A stretch of DNA of 64,000 bases, taken from positions 7,390-71,389 of the forward strand of contig JBFMCS010000004.1 of NCBI GenBank assembly GCA_040754315.1. The letters are read 5' to 3'. Source of the stretch: Bacillota bacterium. GTDB taxonomy: Bacteria; Bacillota; Sulfobacillia; DUSP01; JBFMCS01. The notes under the pieces are model-generated. The model saw nothing but the letters and a program-made list of their open reading frames with translations. It did not search any database and was not told the DNA's origin. This document shows, in pieces, positions 26,059-35,523 of this stretch. The position numbers and the translations under genes are program-made. Every line of letters starts with the position of its first letter. The stretch's first letter is position 1.

Positions 26059-26900
26059 AGATGGAAGGGCTGGGAAACGACTACGTATTCGTGGATCTGA
26101 CCTCGGGAGCGCCAGAGAGGGACTGGCCTCAAGTGTCAAGGAGCGTGAGCTCCAGGCACTTCGGGGTCGGCTCGGACGGGCTCATCCTGATCATGCCGCC
26201 CTCGTCTGGCGGGGACCTCAGGATGCGCATGTTCAACGCCGACGGCTCCGAGGGTGAGATGTGTGGCAATGGTATCCGTTGTTTTGCCCGCTATGCCTAC
26301 GAGCGAGGGCTTGTGGGCAGCACCGCCATGGAAGTGGAGACCCTGGCAGGGATCATAAGGCCTGAGGTGCTCCTGGAAGGGGGCCGTGTCACCGGTGTCA
26401 GGGTGGACATGGGCCCCCCGCGTCTTTCCAGGCAGGATATACCGTGCCGCCTGGAGGACACCCGGGCTGGGCTCCCTTGCGGGGTCCTGGAGATCCAAGG
26501 GGAGTCCTTGGAGGCACTTGCCGTATCCATGGGCAACCCCCATGCAGTGATCCTGGTGCCCGAGGTGTACCGGGTGCCTCTGGAGTGGCTTGGCCCCCTG
26601 ATCGAGGTCCACGAGGCGTTTCCCGCCAAGGCCAACGTGGAGTTCGTGGAGGTCCGGGACGCAGGACGCATCAAGGTCCGGGTGTGGGAGAGGGGCTCCG
26701 GTGTAACGCTGGCCTGTGGTACGGGGGCGTGCGCCTCCGTTGTTGTCACGTCGGCCCTGGGGAAGACGTCCCGGGTAGTCCAGGTGGAACTCCCGGGAGG
26801 GGAGCTCCTGGTGGAGTGGGCCCAAGACAATCACGTCTATATGACAGGGCCTGCCAACGAGGTTTTCCAGGGGGTCTACACCAGATCAGGGGAGGTTTGA
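26037..26900 (+). CDS. dapF: Diaminopimelate epimerase
   Basis: It has the KMEGLGNDYVFVD N-terminus and two catalytic Cys (CGNGIRC, ACGTGACAS). The start is approximately a GTG about 24 nt upstream of an internal ATG. Confidence 0.85.
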   Translation: MQALEFVKMEGLGNDYVFVDLTSGAPERDWPQVSRSVSSRHFGVGSDGLILIMPPSSGGDLRMRMFNADGSEGEMCGNGIRCFARYAYERGLVGSTAMEVETLAGIIRPEVLLEGGRVTGVRVDMGPPRLSRQDIPCRLEDTRAGLPCGVLEIQGESLEALAVSMGNPHAVILVPEVYRVPLEWLGPLIEVHEAFPAKANVEFVEVRDAGRIKVRVWERGSGVTLACGTGACASVVVTSALGKTSRVVQVELPGGELLVEWAQDNHVYMTGPANEVFQGVYTRSGEV

Positions 26901-26903
26901 CCG

Positions 26904-28085
26904 GTGTTAGAGATCAAGGCCGCTCAGCGTTTGGACAAGGTGCCGCCGTACGCCTTCGCTCAACTGGACCAGGCAAAAAAACGGGCCATAGAGAGGGGAG
27001 TTGACATAATCAACCTGGGAGTGGGCGATCCAGACCTTCCCACTCCGGAGTGGGTGTGGAGACAAGCCCGGGCGGCTGTGGGGGAACCCAGGAACCATCG
27101 CTACCCTGACTATGAGGGGTCATTGGGGTTCAGGGAGGCGGTGGCCGGGTACTACCAGAGGCGCTTCGGGGTTTCACTCGACCCCCGGGAGGAGGTCATG
27201 GCCCTCATTGGGTCTAAGGAGGGCCTTGCTCACATGGTATGGGGCATGGTGGATCCTGGGGACGTGGTGCTGATCCCGGACCCGGCCTATCCTGTGTACG
27301 AGGCCCATACTCACTACGCCCTAGGAGAGCCCTACTTCATGCCCCTGGAGGCGAAGGCGGGTTTTCTCCCGGACTTCCGTGCTATTCCCCAGGGTGTTGC
27401 CCGGAGGGCGAAGGTGATGTTCCTGAACTACCCGAACAACCCCACTGGGGCTGTGGCCGGGCGGGGGTTCTTCGAGGCTGCTACCGGATACTGCCGGGAG
27501 CATGGTATTCTCTTGTGCCATGACGCCGCCTACATTGAGATGACCTATGACGGCTACAGGGCCCCCAGCGTACTGGAGATACCGGGAGCCCGGGAGGTGG
27601 CCGTGGAGTTTTACTCCTTGTCCAAACCCTTCAACATGACGGGCTGGCGCATTGCTGCCGCCGTGGGCAACAAGGAGGCCCTGGCAGCCTTGGGCAAAGT
27701 GAAGACCAACACTGACTCGGGCCAGTCCGGCGCCATACAGGAGGCCGGGATAGTTGCCCTGAGGGATGACCCGGAAGGGTTCATCGGGCACATGAATGAG
27801 GTGTACCGGAGCCGCCGCGATGTCCTGGTGGAGGGGCTCGGGGCCTCGGGTTGGGATGTCCAGAAGCCCCAGGGCACCTTCTACCTGTGGGCGCGTTGCC
27901 CTGGCGGGATGGATGGGAGGACCATGGCGGCACTGCTCCTTGAGGAGGCAGGGGTGATTGTTGCCCCAGGGCCTGCCTGGGGGGCCCAGGGACAGCACTA
28001 CGTGAGGTTTGCCCTTACCGTCCCGGAGGAGCGGCTTAGGGAGGCTTGCCAGAGGATATCAGCCATGATGCCTAGGGTCCAGTAG
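26904..28085 (+). CDS. dapL: LL-diaminopimelate aminotransferase-type class I aminotransferase
   Basis: It has the NLGVGDPDLPTP motif and the PLP Lys region (SLSKPFNMTGWR). It lies directly downstream of dapF. Confidence 0.75.
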   Translation: MLEIKAAQRLDKVPPYAFAQLDQAKKRAIERGVDIINLGVGDPDLPTPEWVWRQARAAVGEPRNHRYPDYEGSLGFREAVAGYYQRRFGVSLDPREEVMALIGSKEGLAHMVWGMVDPGDVVLIPDPAYPVYEAHTHYALGEPYFMPLEAKAGFLPDFRAIPQGVARRAKVMFLNYPNNPTGAVAGRGFFEAATGYCREHGILLCHDAAYIEMTYDGYRAPSVLEIPGAREVAVEFYSLSKPFNMTGWRIAAAVGNKEALAALGKVKTNTDSGQSGAIQEAGIVALRDDPEGFIGHMNEVYRSRRDVLVEGLGASGWDVQKPQGTFYLWARCPGGMDGRTMAALLLEEAGVIVAPGPAWGAQGQHYVRFALTVPEERLREACQRISAMMPRVQ

Positions 28086-28175
28086 ATGCTGGTATAATAG
28101 AAATATTTGCCTGGAGTGAAGAGGATTCCCGAGGTCCCTGAACGAAGTCCTAGTTGCGTTGGAGGGGAACTAGAG

Positions 28176-29057
28176 GTGGCACGCAGCATGACCGGGTATG
28201 GCCGGGGAGAGACCCAGGCCGGTGAGGGTGCTACTATCACGGTGGAAATACGCTCCTCTAACCACCGCTTCCTGGAGACCAACGTAAAATCCCAAAGAGA
28301 AGCAGGGTTCTTGGAGGATCGGGTCCGGAAAGAGATCCAAGAGTGCCTTTTTAGGGGAAGAGTCGATGTCGTCCTTGTCTTCCGAGGAGACGCCCAGGCA
28401 AGAAAGGTAATCGTTGACAAACCGCTGGCCATGGCATATTATAGGGCCTTAGAGGGCCTGGAGCGGGACTTTGGCGGTGAACGCCAGCAACTGCTCGCTT
28501 ATGTTGCATCCTTGCCAGGGGTTCTCTCTCTGGAAGAAGAGGGGCCCGACCTGGAGGCTCTCTGGTCTTGCACCAAGGTGGCGGTGGGACAGGCCCTGCG
28601 CGAGACGGTGGCCATGAGGGAGAGGGAGGGGCTAGTCATAGCCAGTTTCCTCCAGGAGTGCTGTGATGCGCTGGAGAGACTCATAGGTTCCGTAAGCCTA
28701 AGAAGCCCCACCGTGGTAGAGGAATACAGGTCAAAGATGGAGCGGAGACTCAGTGAGGTTTTGCCCGAAGGGAGTATGGATGAAACCCGGCTGGCCATGG
28801 AGATAGCCATAATGGCTGAAAGGGCAGACATCCAGGAGGAGATATCAAGGGCTCTCAGTCACCTCGGGCAGTTCCGTGCGACGCTTGATGGAGAGGAGGG
28901 TGTCGTCGGGAGGAAACTTGAGTTCATACTCCAAGAGCTGCACCGTGAAGTGAACACCATCGGTTCCAAGGCGGGGGATTACGCCATAGCCAGCATGGTG
29001 GTGGAGGCCAAGGCTGAACTTGAGAGAATGCGGGAGCAAGTACAAAACGTCGAGTAA
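28176..29057 (+). CDS. yicC: YicC/YloC-family stress-induced protein
   Basis: It has the N-terminal SMTGYGRGE motif and the C-terminal DUF1732 region. It starts with GTG after a GGAGGGG RBS. Confidence 0.85.
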   Translation: MARSMTGYGRGETQAGEGATITVEIRSSNHRFLETNVKSQREAGFLEDRVRKEIQECLFRGRVDVVLVFRGDAQARKVIVDKPLAMAYYRALEGLERDFGGERQQLLAYVASLPGVLSLEEEGPDLEALWSCTKVAVGQALRETVAMREREGLVIASFLQECCDALERLIGSVSLRSPTVVEEYRSKMERRLSEVLPEGSMDETRLAMEIAIMAERADIQEEISRALSHLGQFRATLDGEEGVVGRKLEFILQELHREVNTIGSKAGDYAIASMVVEAKAELERMREQVQNVE

Positions 29058-29072
29058 GAGGAGGGGAAGAGA

Positions 29073-29384
29073 TTGGCGCTGCCAAAGCTTACTGAGAAAC
29101 AAAAGATGGAGGCATTGAAAAAGGCCCAGGAAATGCGCCGCAGGAGGAGCGACTTGAGGGGCCAGCTTAAGAGGGGCGATGTTTCCTTCGAGGACGTCCT
29201 GAACACGGATGATCCCGTTACCGCCCGGATGAAGGTTGCCTATCTTCTTAGGTCCCTCCCCCGGATCGGCAAGGTTAAGGCCAAGAAGATCATGGAAGAG
29301 GTCGGTATTGACGATTCCCGGAGGATTCAGGGACTTGGGCGGAGGCAGAAGGAAGAGCTCCTGGCTCGCCTCGGGGGCAAGTAG
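29073..29384 (+). CDS. Actinobacterial-type integration host factor (mIHF)-like small DNA-binding protein
   Basis: The 103-aa protein resembles mIHF (LPKLTEKQK...LKRGDVSFEDVL...KVGKVKAKKIM). It has a TTG start with an AGGAGGGG RBS. Confidence 0.55.
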   Translation: MALPKLTEKQKMEALKKAQEMRRRRSDLRGQLKRGDVSFEDVLNTDDPVTARMKVAYLLRSLPRIGKVKAKKIMEEVGIDDSRRIQGLGRRQKEELLARLGGK

Positions 29385-29440
29385 GACTTAGCCGTTATAC
29401 ATAGATCCCCAAAGTGCGGTTCCTCCAGTGGAACCGGATC

Positions 29441-29466
29441 TCGATTATGAGCGGGGGCTGGCATGC
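29441..29466 (+). terminator. Perfect 9-bp stem hairpin ggctggcat...atgccagcc after the IHF-like gene, with no U-run
   Basis: The inverted repeat is seen in the sequence. Confidence 0.25.
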
Positions 29467-29555
29467 CGGCGGATGCCAGCCCTCTAGGACGTAATGCGTA
29501 AGATTCCTCATCCAAGAAGGGAGCGAAGCTGGCCGCCCTGTGGGGGCGGCCAGGG

Positions 29556-29831
29556 GTGATGGAGATAAAACTCGTCAATATTGGCTTTGGCAACATGGTG
29601 TCGGCCAACCGTATAGTGGCTATCGTGAGCCCGGAGTCGGCCCCCATAAAGCGCATAGTAACCAAGGCGCGGGACTCGGGAGTACTCATCGACGCTACAT
29701 ACGGCCGGAGAACCCGAGCCGTGATTATGATGGATTCGGATCACGTGATCCTCTCCGCAGTGCAACCGGAGACTGTGGCGAACCGCGTGACCGCCATGGA
29801 AACCAGCGGTGGCGAGGGCAGTGCAATCTGA
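29556..29831 (+). CDS. remA: RemA/YlzA (DUF370) extracellular-matrix regulatory protein
   Basis: [33 protein letters not shown] is nearly identical in pattern to B. subtilis RemA. Confidence 0.85.
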   Translation: MMEIKLVNIGFGNMVSANRIVAIVSPESAPIKRIVTKARDSGVLIDATYGRRTRAVIMMDSDHVILSAVQPETVANRVTAMETSGGEGSAI

Positions 29832-29850
29832 ACCCGTGAAGGCCAGGGGC

Positions 29851-30444
29851 ATGGTGGTAGTGATGTCAGGCCCATCTGGGGCGGGCAAGGGCACCCTTTC
29901 CCGGGCCCTTTTGCGGGCCTTCCCCAGGATGCGTTTCTCTGTGTCTGCTACTACACGGCCACCCAGGCCCCACGAAGAGCCCGGGAGGGACTACATCTTC
30001 CTCAGTGAGGATGCCTTTCACCGTATGCAGGGCGAAGATGCCTTCCTAGAGTGGGCGGAGGTCTACGGCAACCTGTACGGGACTCCCCGGTCCGAGGTTG
30101 ACCGGCTGCTCGAAGAGGGATATGATGTATTGCTGGACATTGACACCAATGGCGCCATGCAGGTGCGCTCCAGGTGCCCCCAGGCAGTCCTGGTCTTCGT
30201 GGTGGCACCGTCCATGGAAGAACTGAAGAGGCGCCTGAGGGGAAGGGGCACGGAGTCTACTGCCAGCCTCAAGCGCCGGCTGGCTGAGGCGCGATTACAC
30301 ATGGCCCTCATTGGGCACTACGACTACGTGGTGGTCAACGATGGCCTGGATGAGGCGTTCCAGCGGCTCAGCGCCATCATAACCGCGGAGAGATGTCGCG
30401 TATCCCGGCAGGATCCCGAGAGTCTCATGAGACTCTCCAGGTGA
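29851..30444 (+). CDS. gmk: Guanylate kinase
   Basis: It has the P-loop GPSGAGKGT and the GMP-binding region. It follows remA as in B. subtilis. Confidence 0.85.
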   Translation: MVVVMSGPSGAGKGTLSRALLRAFPRMRFSVSATTRPPRPHEEPGRDYIFLSEDAFHRMQGEDAFLEWAEVYGNLYGTPRSEVDRLLEEGYDVLLDIDTNGAMQVRSRCPQAVLVFVVAPSMEELKRRLRGRGTESTASLKRRLAEARLHMALIGHYDYVVVNDGLDEAFQRLSAIITAERCRVSRQDPESLMRLSR

Positions 30445-30461
30445 GAAAGGGGAATGAAGGA

Positions 30462-30671
30462 TTGCTGATCCAACCTTCCTTGGACTCTCTCATGAAGAAG
30501 GTGGATTCCAAGTATACCCTGGTGGTCATGGCAGCCAAGCGTGCCAGGGCACTCGTGGAGGACAGTCCCAGGCTGGTGAAGGCCAAATCGCCTAAACCAG
30601 TGGGCATAGCCTTGGAGGAGATCCTCAAGGGTAGGGTGAACTTCCAGCGGGCCAAGGCGGGAATCAAGTAG
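30462..30671 (+). CDS. rpoZ: DNA-directed RNA polymerase omega subunit
   Basis: It has the PSLDSLMKKVDSKYTLVVMAAKRAR motif. A TTG start was chosen after the gmk stop. Confidence 0.8.
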   Translation: MLIQPSLDSLMKKVDSKYTLVVMAAKRARALVEDSPRLVKAKSPKPVGIALEEILKGRVNFQRAKAGIK

Positions 30672-30682
30672 GAGGGGGCCCT

Positions 30683-31879
30683 TTGAAGCGCATCGTCCTA
30701 GGGGTATCAGGCGGCATAGCCGCATATCGAGCCCTGGACGTGGTGAGGGGGCTGAGGCGTTCCGGGGTGGATGTGCATGTGGTCATGACTGAGGCGGCGC
30801 AGCGCTTTGTGGCGCCCCTCAGTTTCCGGACCATATCGGAAAACCCAGTGCACACCCACATGTTCCAGGAGCCCTCACAGTGGAACGTAAACCACGTGGG
30901 CTTGGCGGAACTGGGTGACCTGATCCTGGTGTGCCCGGCTACCGCGAACGTCATAGGGAAGGTATCTGGCGGCATTGCCGATGACCTTCTCACCGCTGTA
31001 ATCATGGCTGCCCGGGTCCCTGTAGCCTTCGCTCCTGCCATGAATGAAGCAATGTGGCTAAACCCGGTGGTCCGGGCGAACGTGGAGAGACTCCTGTCCC
31101 TGGGCTACCGTTTCATTGAGCCTGCCTGGGGACACCTGGCCTGCGGCCACCAGGGCCAAGGCCGTCTCCCGGAGCCCCAGGTCATCGTGGAGTATGCCTT
31201 GAGCATCTTGGAGGGGTCCGGTGGCCTGGCCGGTCTGAAGGTCCTGGTCACGGCTGGGCCGACCCGGGAGGCCATTGATTCTATCAGGTTCCTGAGCAAT
31301 CGTTCCTCGGGCCTCATGGGCTACCTCGTGGCCGAGGTGGCCCGGAACAGGGGTGCCGAAGTTGTGCTGGTAACCGGGCCCACGTCTCTCAGCCCGCCCC
31401 ACGGGGTCAGGCTGATGCCAGTGGAGAGCGCCCGGGAGATGAGGGAGGCCGCCTTGAGGGAGTTTCCTGGGGCTCATGTAGTGGTGATGGCTGCTGCGGT
31501 GGCTGACTACGCTCCGTGCCGTGTGGTCCCGGGCAAGATCAAGAAGACGGAAGGCCCCCTGGAACTCAGGCTGGAAAGGACCGCCGACATTCTCCAGGAG
31601 ATGGGCAAGCTCAAGGACCGCCAGATCCTCGTGGGCTTTGCAGCTGAAAGCGAGAACCTCCTTGAGAATGCCAGGAGCAAGATGGAACGCAAGAACCTCG
31701 ACTTCGTTGTGGCAAACCCCGCGGGCGGGCCGGATTCGGCCTTTGGTGCCCGTGAGAGCAGGGCGATGCTGGTCTGGCCCCAGGGCAAGACCGAGGACCT
31801 GGGGATGGTGCCCAAGGAGGTCCTAGCCCAAACCATACTAGACAGGGTGGAGGCGCTACTGGTCTCCCGGGCACAGTGA
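30683..31879 (+). CDS. coaBC: Bifunctional phosphopantothenoylcysteine decarboxylase / phosphopantothenate-cysteine ligase
   Basis: An N-terminal flavoprotein domain (GVSGGIAAYRA) is followed by a C-terminal DFP domain. Confidence 0.9.
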   Translation: MKRIVLGVSGGIAAYRALDVVRGLRRSGVDVHVVMTEAAQRFVAPLSFRTISENPVHTHMFQEPSQWNVNHVGLAELGDLILVCPATANVIGKVSGGIADDLLTAVIMAARVPVAFAPAMNEAMWLNPVVRANVERLLSLGYRFIEPAWGHLACGHQGQGRLPEPQVIVEYALSILEGSGGLAGLKVLVTAGPTREAIDSIRFLSNRSSGLMGYLVAEVARNRGAEVVLVTGPTSLSPPHGVRLMPVESAREMREAALREFPGAHVVVMAAAVADYAPCRVVPGKIKKTEGPLELRLERTADILQEMGKLKDRQILVGFAAESENLLENARSKMERKNLDFVVANPAGGPDSAFGARESRAMLVWPQGKTEDLGMVPKEVLAQTILDRVEALLVSRAQ

Positions 31880-31935
31880 AAGGGGTCGCGTGCCAGTAAG
31901 CCCGCCGCCAGGCGGGCTTTTTGAGGTGATCCCTA

Positions 31936-34083
31936 ATGAGGCAGTACGCAGCGGTGAGCGTAGATGTCCCGGTCCTGGGTGTGTCCCGGGTCTACCACTA
32001 CTCGGTGCCCGAGGACCTCAGGGACGAGCTCGAGGTGGGAGCACCTGTCCTGGTTCCCTTCGGGCCCCGGAAGGCCCGGGGCTACATACTGGAGTTCGTG
32101 GACAGTCCAGGTGTTGATGAGGTCCGGCCAATACTGGGGCGGCTGAGGGTGGCCGTAGTGACGCCCAACCTGATGGTCCTCGCCGGGGATGTTGCCCGGA
32201 GGTACCTGTGCCAGGTGGGAGAGGTCCTGCGTTGCATGGTGCCGCCGGAGCGCAGGTCAATGCCTCACGATGTGTGGGAGGCCCTGCCGTTCCAGGGCAA
32301 GTACCCCGCAAGGCAGGCGAGGCTCCTGGAGGTACTGGCTCGCCATGCGGCCCCAGTCAGCGGGAGGCTTGCCTGCAGGGAGGCGAGGGTACCCAGGGAG
32401 GTGCTCCTCGCCCTGGAGCAGAAGGGCCTTGCCACCCGGGTGACCTGTGTAGAGGAGCCCCCCAAGGACCGGGCTGTGGTGCCCACACCGGCCCAGGCTG
32501 CGGCAGCCATGTGGGCCAGCGAAGCCCTGGAGGGAGGCGTCTCACTTCTCTTTGGTGTGACTGGAAGCGGCAAGACCCACATCTACCTGGATGCGGTAGA
32601 AAGGGTGGTGGACCAGGGCAGGCAGGCCATATTCCTGGTCCCGGAGATCTCCCTGACCCTGCAGGCGGCCCAGGTGTTCCAGGATCACTTCCCGGGGCGT
32701 GTCGCCCTGATGCACAGCCGGATCACCCCGGGAGAGCGCTTTGATGAGTGGGCCAGGGTCCGGGAGGGGCGGGCATCGGTGGTAGTCGGGGCTCGTTCCG
32801 CTGTCTTCGCTCCCTGCGCCAGCCTTGGGTTGATCATAGTGGATGAGGAGCATGAGACAACTTACAAGCAGGAGGAGGCCCCCCGCTACCATGCCCGGGA
32901 GGTTGCCCTCATGAGGTGTGGCCAGGAGGGCGCCGGGGTTCTCTTGGGGAGCGCCACCCCCTCCGTGGAGAGCTACCACAGGGCCCTGAGGGGGGACTAC
33001 CGCCTCTTCTGCCTGGAAGCAAGGCCACTGGGGCGCCCGATGCCCAGGGTTCATGTGGCGGACATGAGGGAGGAACTGAGGTCAGGCAACCGCACCATCT
33101 TCAGTGCCCTGCTGAAGGAGGATATCCAGGATACACTGGCCCGGCGCGAACAGGTAATCCTGTTTCTAAACAGGAGGGGCCACTCCACCTTCATGCTTTG
33201 CAGGGAGTGTGGTTTCGTTATGCGCTGCCCATCATGTGATGTCTCCCTTAACCTTCACACTGAGGGCCGTGCCCTCCGGTGTCACTACTGCCAGCATACC
33301 GCCTTGGCCCCGGACACCTGCCCCAGGTGCCAAGGGCACTACCTCAGGGCCTTCGGCACCGGGACACAGCGCGTGGAAGAGGAGGTCAAAAAGGCGTTTC
33401 CCAGTGCCCGAGTGTTGAGGATGGATACTGACAGCACGGCCAGGAAGGGATCACACCAGAGGATCCTCAGCGCCTTCCAGCGCGGAGAGGCAAACATACT
33501 GGTGGGAACACAGATGATCGCCAAGGGCCTGGACATTGAGAGGGTCACCCTGGTAGGGGCAATGGCGGCCGATACCGCGCTGCACCTCCCGGACTTCAGG
33601 TCCGCCGAGAGGACCTTCCAGCTGCTCACCCAGGCTGCGGGCAGGGCGGGCAGGGGCGAAAGGGAGGGGCGGGTTATCATACAGACGTACAACCCCGAAC
33701 ACTACAGCATCGAAGCGGCCCGGCACCATGACTACCCGGGGTTTTTCGAAAAGGAGATCGCCTCCAGGGAGGATCTTGGGTACCCACCCTTCAGGGAGCT
33801 GGCCCAGATCACCTGTGACGCAGTATCGGAGGATGCAGCTCGCGGGGGTGCGGAGTCCCTAGCCCGTGGTGTAAAATACAATGGGGGCCTGGAAATACTG
33901 GGACCAAGCCCGGCCCCAATAGCCAAGATGAAGGGCCGCTATCGCTGGATACTGGTGGTGAAGGCCCAGAACGCGGGGGTTCTGTCTGTCCAGGTGGGAG
34001 AATTGCTGGCCAGGGCCCACGGCAAGGGATGGCCGCGGGGTGTCCGGGTGACAGTGGACGTGGACCCGGCGTCGGTGCTCTAG
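31936..34083 (+). CDS. priA: Primosomal protein N' (PriA helicase)
   Basis: It has DEAD/DEAH helicase motifs (GVTGSGKT, DEEH) and a Cys-rich zinc-binding region (CxxC...CxxC). Confidence 0.9.
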   Translation: MRQYAAVSVDVPVLGVSRVYHYSVPEDLRDELEVGAPVLVPFGPRKARGYILEFVDSPGVDEVRPILGRLRVAVVTPNLMVLAGDVARRYLCQVGEVLRCMVPPERRSMPHDVWEALPFQGKYPARQARLLEVLARHAAPVSGRLACREARVPREVLLALEQKGLATRVTCVEEPPKDRAVVPTPAQAAAAMWASEALEGGVSLLFGVTGSGKTHIYLDAVERVVDQGRQAIFLVPEISLTLQAAQVFQDHFPGRVALMHSRITPGERFDEWARVREGRASVVVGARSAVFAPCASLGLIIVDEEHETTYKQEEAPRYHAREVALMRCGQEGAGVLLGSATPSVESYHRALRGDYRLFCLEARPLGRPMPRVHVADMREELRSGNRTIFSALLKEDIQDTLARREQVILFLNRRGHSTFMLCRECGFVMRCPSCDVSLNLHTEGRALRCHYCQHTALAPDTCPRCQGHYLRAFGTGTQRVEEEVKKAFPSARVLRMDTDSTARKGSHQRILSAFQRGEANILVGTQMIAKGLDIERVTLVGAMAADTALHLPDFRSAERTFQLLTQAAGRAGRGEREGRVIIQTYNPEHYSIEAARHHDYPGFFEKEIASREDLGYPPFRELAQITCDAVSEDAARGGAESLARGVKYNGGLEILGPSPAPIAKMKGRYRWILVVKAQNAGVLSVQVGELLARAHGKGWPRGVRVTVDVDPASVL

Positions 34084-34095
34084 GATACGGAGGGA

Positions 34096-34578
34096 ATGGC
34101 GGTGGAGATAAGGATTGTGGGGGATCCTGTGCTGAGGAAGAGGGCCAAGGCTGTCCAGCGTGTCAACAGGGCTGTCAGGGAGATCCTCGACGAGATGGTC
34201 AAGACCATGGAGGAGGCCAAGGGCGTGGGACTGGCCGCGCCACAGGTTGGAATAGAGAAGCGCCTTATCGTGGTGGATGTTGGCGAGGGCCCAATATATC
34301 TTGTGAACCCGGAGATCATATGGTCAGAAGGGGAATGCACGGCTGTCGAGGGCTGCCTGAGCGTGCCAGGGTACGTGGGAGACGTGCGCAGGGCCGAGAG
34401 GGTCCGGGTCACCGGGATTGACCGGGAGGGTCACCACGTTTGGGTGGAGGGAGACGGCCTCCTGGCCAGGGCGCTGCAGCACGAGATCGACCATCTTGAT
34501 GGTGTGCTTTTCACAGACGTGGCGGACCGCGTGGTGGAGGCCCAGGAAGGGCTTGAGGAGGCAGGAGTCGTTGAGTGA
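34096..34578 (+). CDS. def: Peptide deformylase
   Basis: It has the GVGLAAPQVG, EGCLS and HEIDHLDG motifs. Confidence 0.9.
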   Translation: MAVEIRIVGDPVLRKRAKAVQRVNRAVREILDEMVKTMEEAKGVGLAAPQVGIEKRLIVVDVGEGPIYLVNPEIIWSEGECTAVEGCLSVPGYVGDVRRAERVRVTGIDREGHHVWVEGDGLLARALQHEIDHLDGVLFTDVADRVVEAQEGLEEAGVVE

Positions 34579-35506
34579 CGGCCTCAGGGTGGTTTTCATG
34601 GGAACCCCCAGGGTGAGCCTCACGGTGCTGGACGCCCTCTTGGGCTCCAGGCACCGGGTGGTGGGTGTACTCACCAGGCCCGGGGGCGCCCGGGACACGG
34701 GCCCTCACAGTGTGGCCGGCAGGGCCACTGAGGAGGGCATACCCGTGCTCAAGCCCGAAAGGCTCTCGGAACCGGGGTTCATAGAGGCCTTCCGCGGGCT
34801 GGGGCCTGAGATCCTGGCGGGTTCGGCTTTCGGGGCGCTGGTGCCCCCGCCGGTCCTTGGGGCTCCCCGGCTGGGCGCCCTGAACGTTCACCCCTCGCTC
34901 CTGCCAATGTACAGGGGACCTGCCCCCGTGCAGCGAAGCCTCATGAACGGGGACGAGGTGACAGGGGTTACCGTTCACTTTCTGGATGAAGGGATGGATT
35001 CAGGCGACATTGTGTTCCAGGAGCGCCTCGAGATAGGGGAGAACGAGACTTCCGGCAGCCTCACCCACCGCCTCCTTCAAACAGGCTCTAGGCTCTTAGT
35101 GGCGGCCCTGGATCTCCTGGAGGGCGGGGCTGTGCCTAGGTGCCCCCAGGATGAAGCCAGGGCTACCTACGCCCCTGCCCTGGATGTTTCCGACGAGGTG
35201 CTGGACTGGGGACGTCCCGCCCAGGAGGTGTGCAACAGGATCCGGGCCCTCAACCCTGATCCCGGTGGTTACACGACCCTCAGGGGCAAGCGGCTGAAGG
35301 TGTGGGAGGCCAAGCCCTGGGACAAACCCGCCTCAGGTCAGCCCGGAAGGGTGGTCTCCCTGGAGAAGCGGCAGGGTTTTGTGGTGAAGACGTTGCCTGG
35401 GGCAGTGCTAGTGACGCAGGTGCAGCCCGAGGGCAAGAGGGTCATGTCAGGTTGGGCTTTCTCCATTGGAAGGCATGTGGCCGAGGGGGATATTCTCGGC
35501 ATCTAA
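34571..35506 (+). CDS. fmt: Methionyl-tRNA formyltransferase
   Basis: It has the LRVVFMGTP N-terminus and the formyl_trans_N and formyl_trans_C domains. A TTG start overlaps the def stop. Confidence 0.9.
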   Translation: MSDGLRVVFMGTPRVSLTVLDALLGSRHRVVGVLTRPGGARDTGPHSVAGRATEEGIPVLKPERLSEPGFIEAFRGLGPEILAGSAFGALVPPPVLGAPRLGALNVHPSLLPMYRGPAPVQRSLMNGDEVTGVTVHFLDEGMDSGDIVFQERLEIGENETSGSLTHRLLQTGSRLLVAALDLLEGGAVPRCPQDEARATYAPALDVSDEVLDWGRPAQEVCNRIRALNPDPGGYTTLRGKRLKVWEAKPWDKPASGQPGRVVSLEKRQGFVVKTLPGAVLVTQVQPEGKRVMSGWAFSIGRHVAEGDILGI

Positions 35507-35523
35507 ACCTGGAGGTGTTCCCA

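Noticed and set aside
35302-35523. An upstream extension of the YugP-like peptidase ORF overlapping fmt.
   Set aside because: The extension overlaps the fmt coding region in another frame. An ATG at 35524 with a GGAGGTG RBS gives the start that matches the conserved N-terminus.
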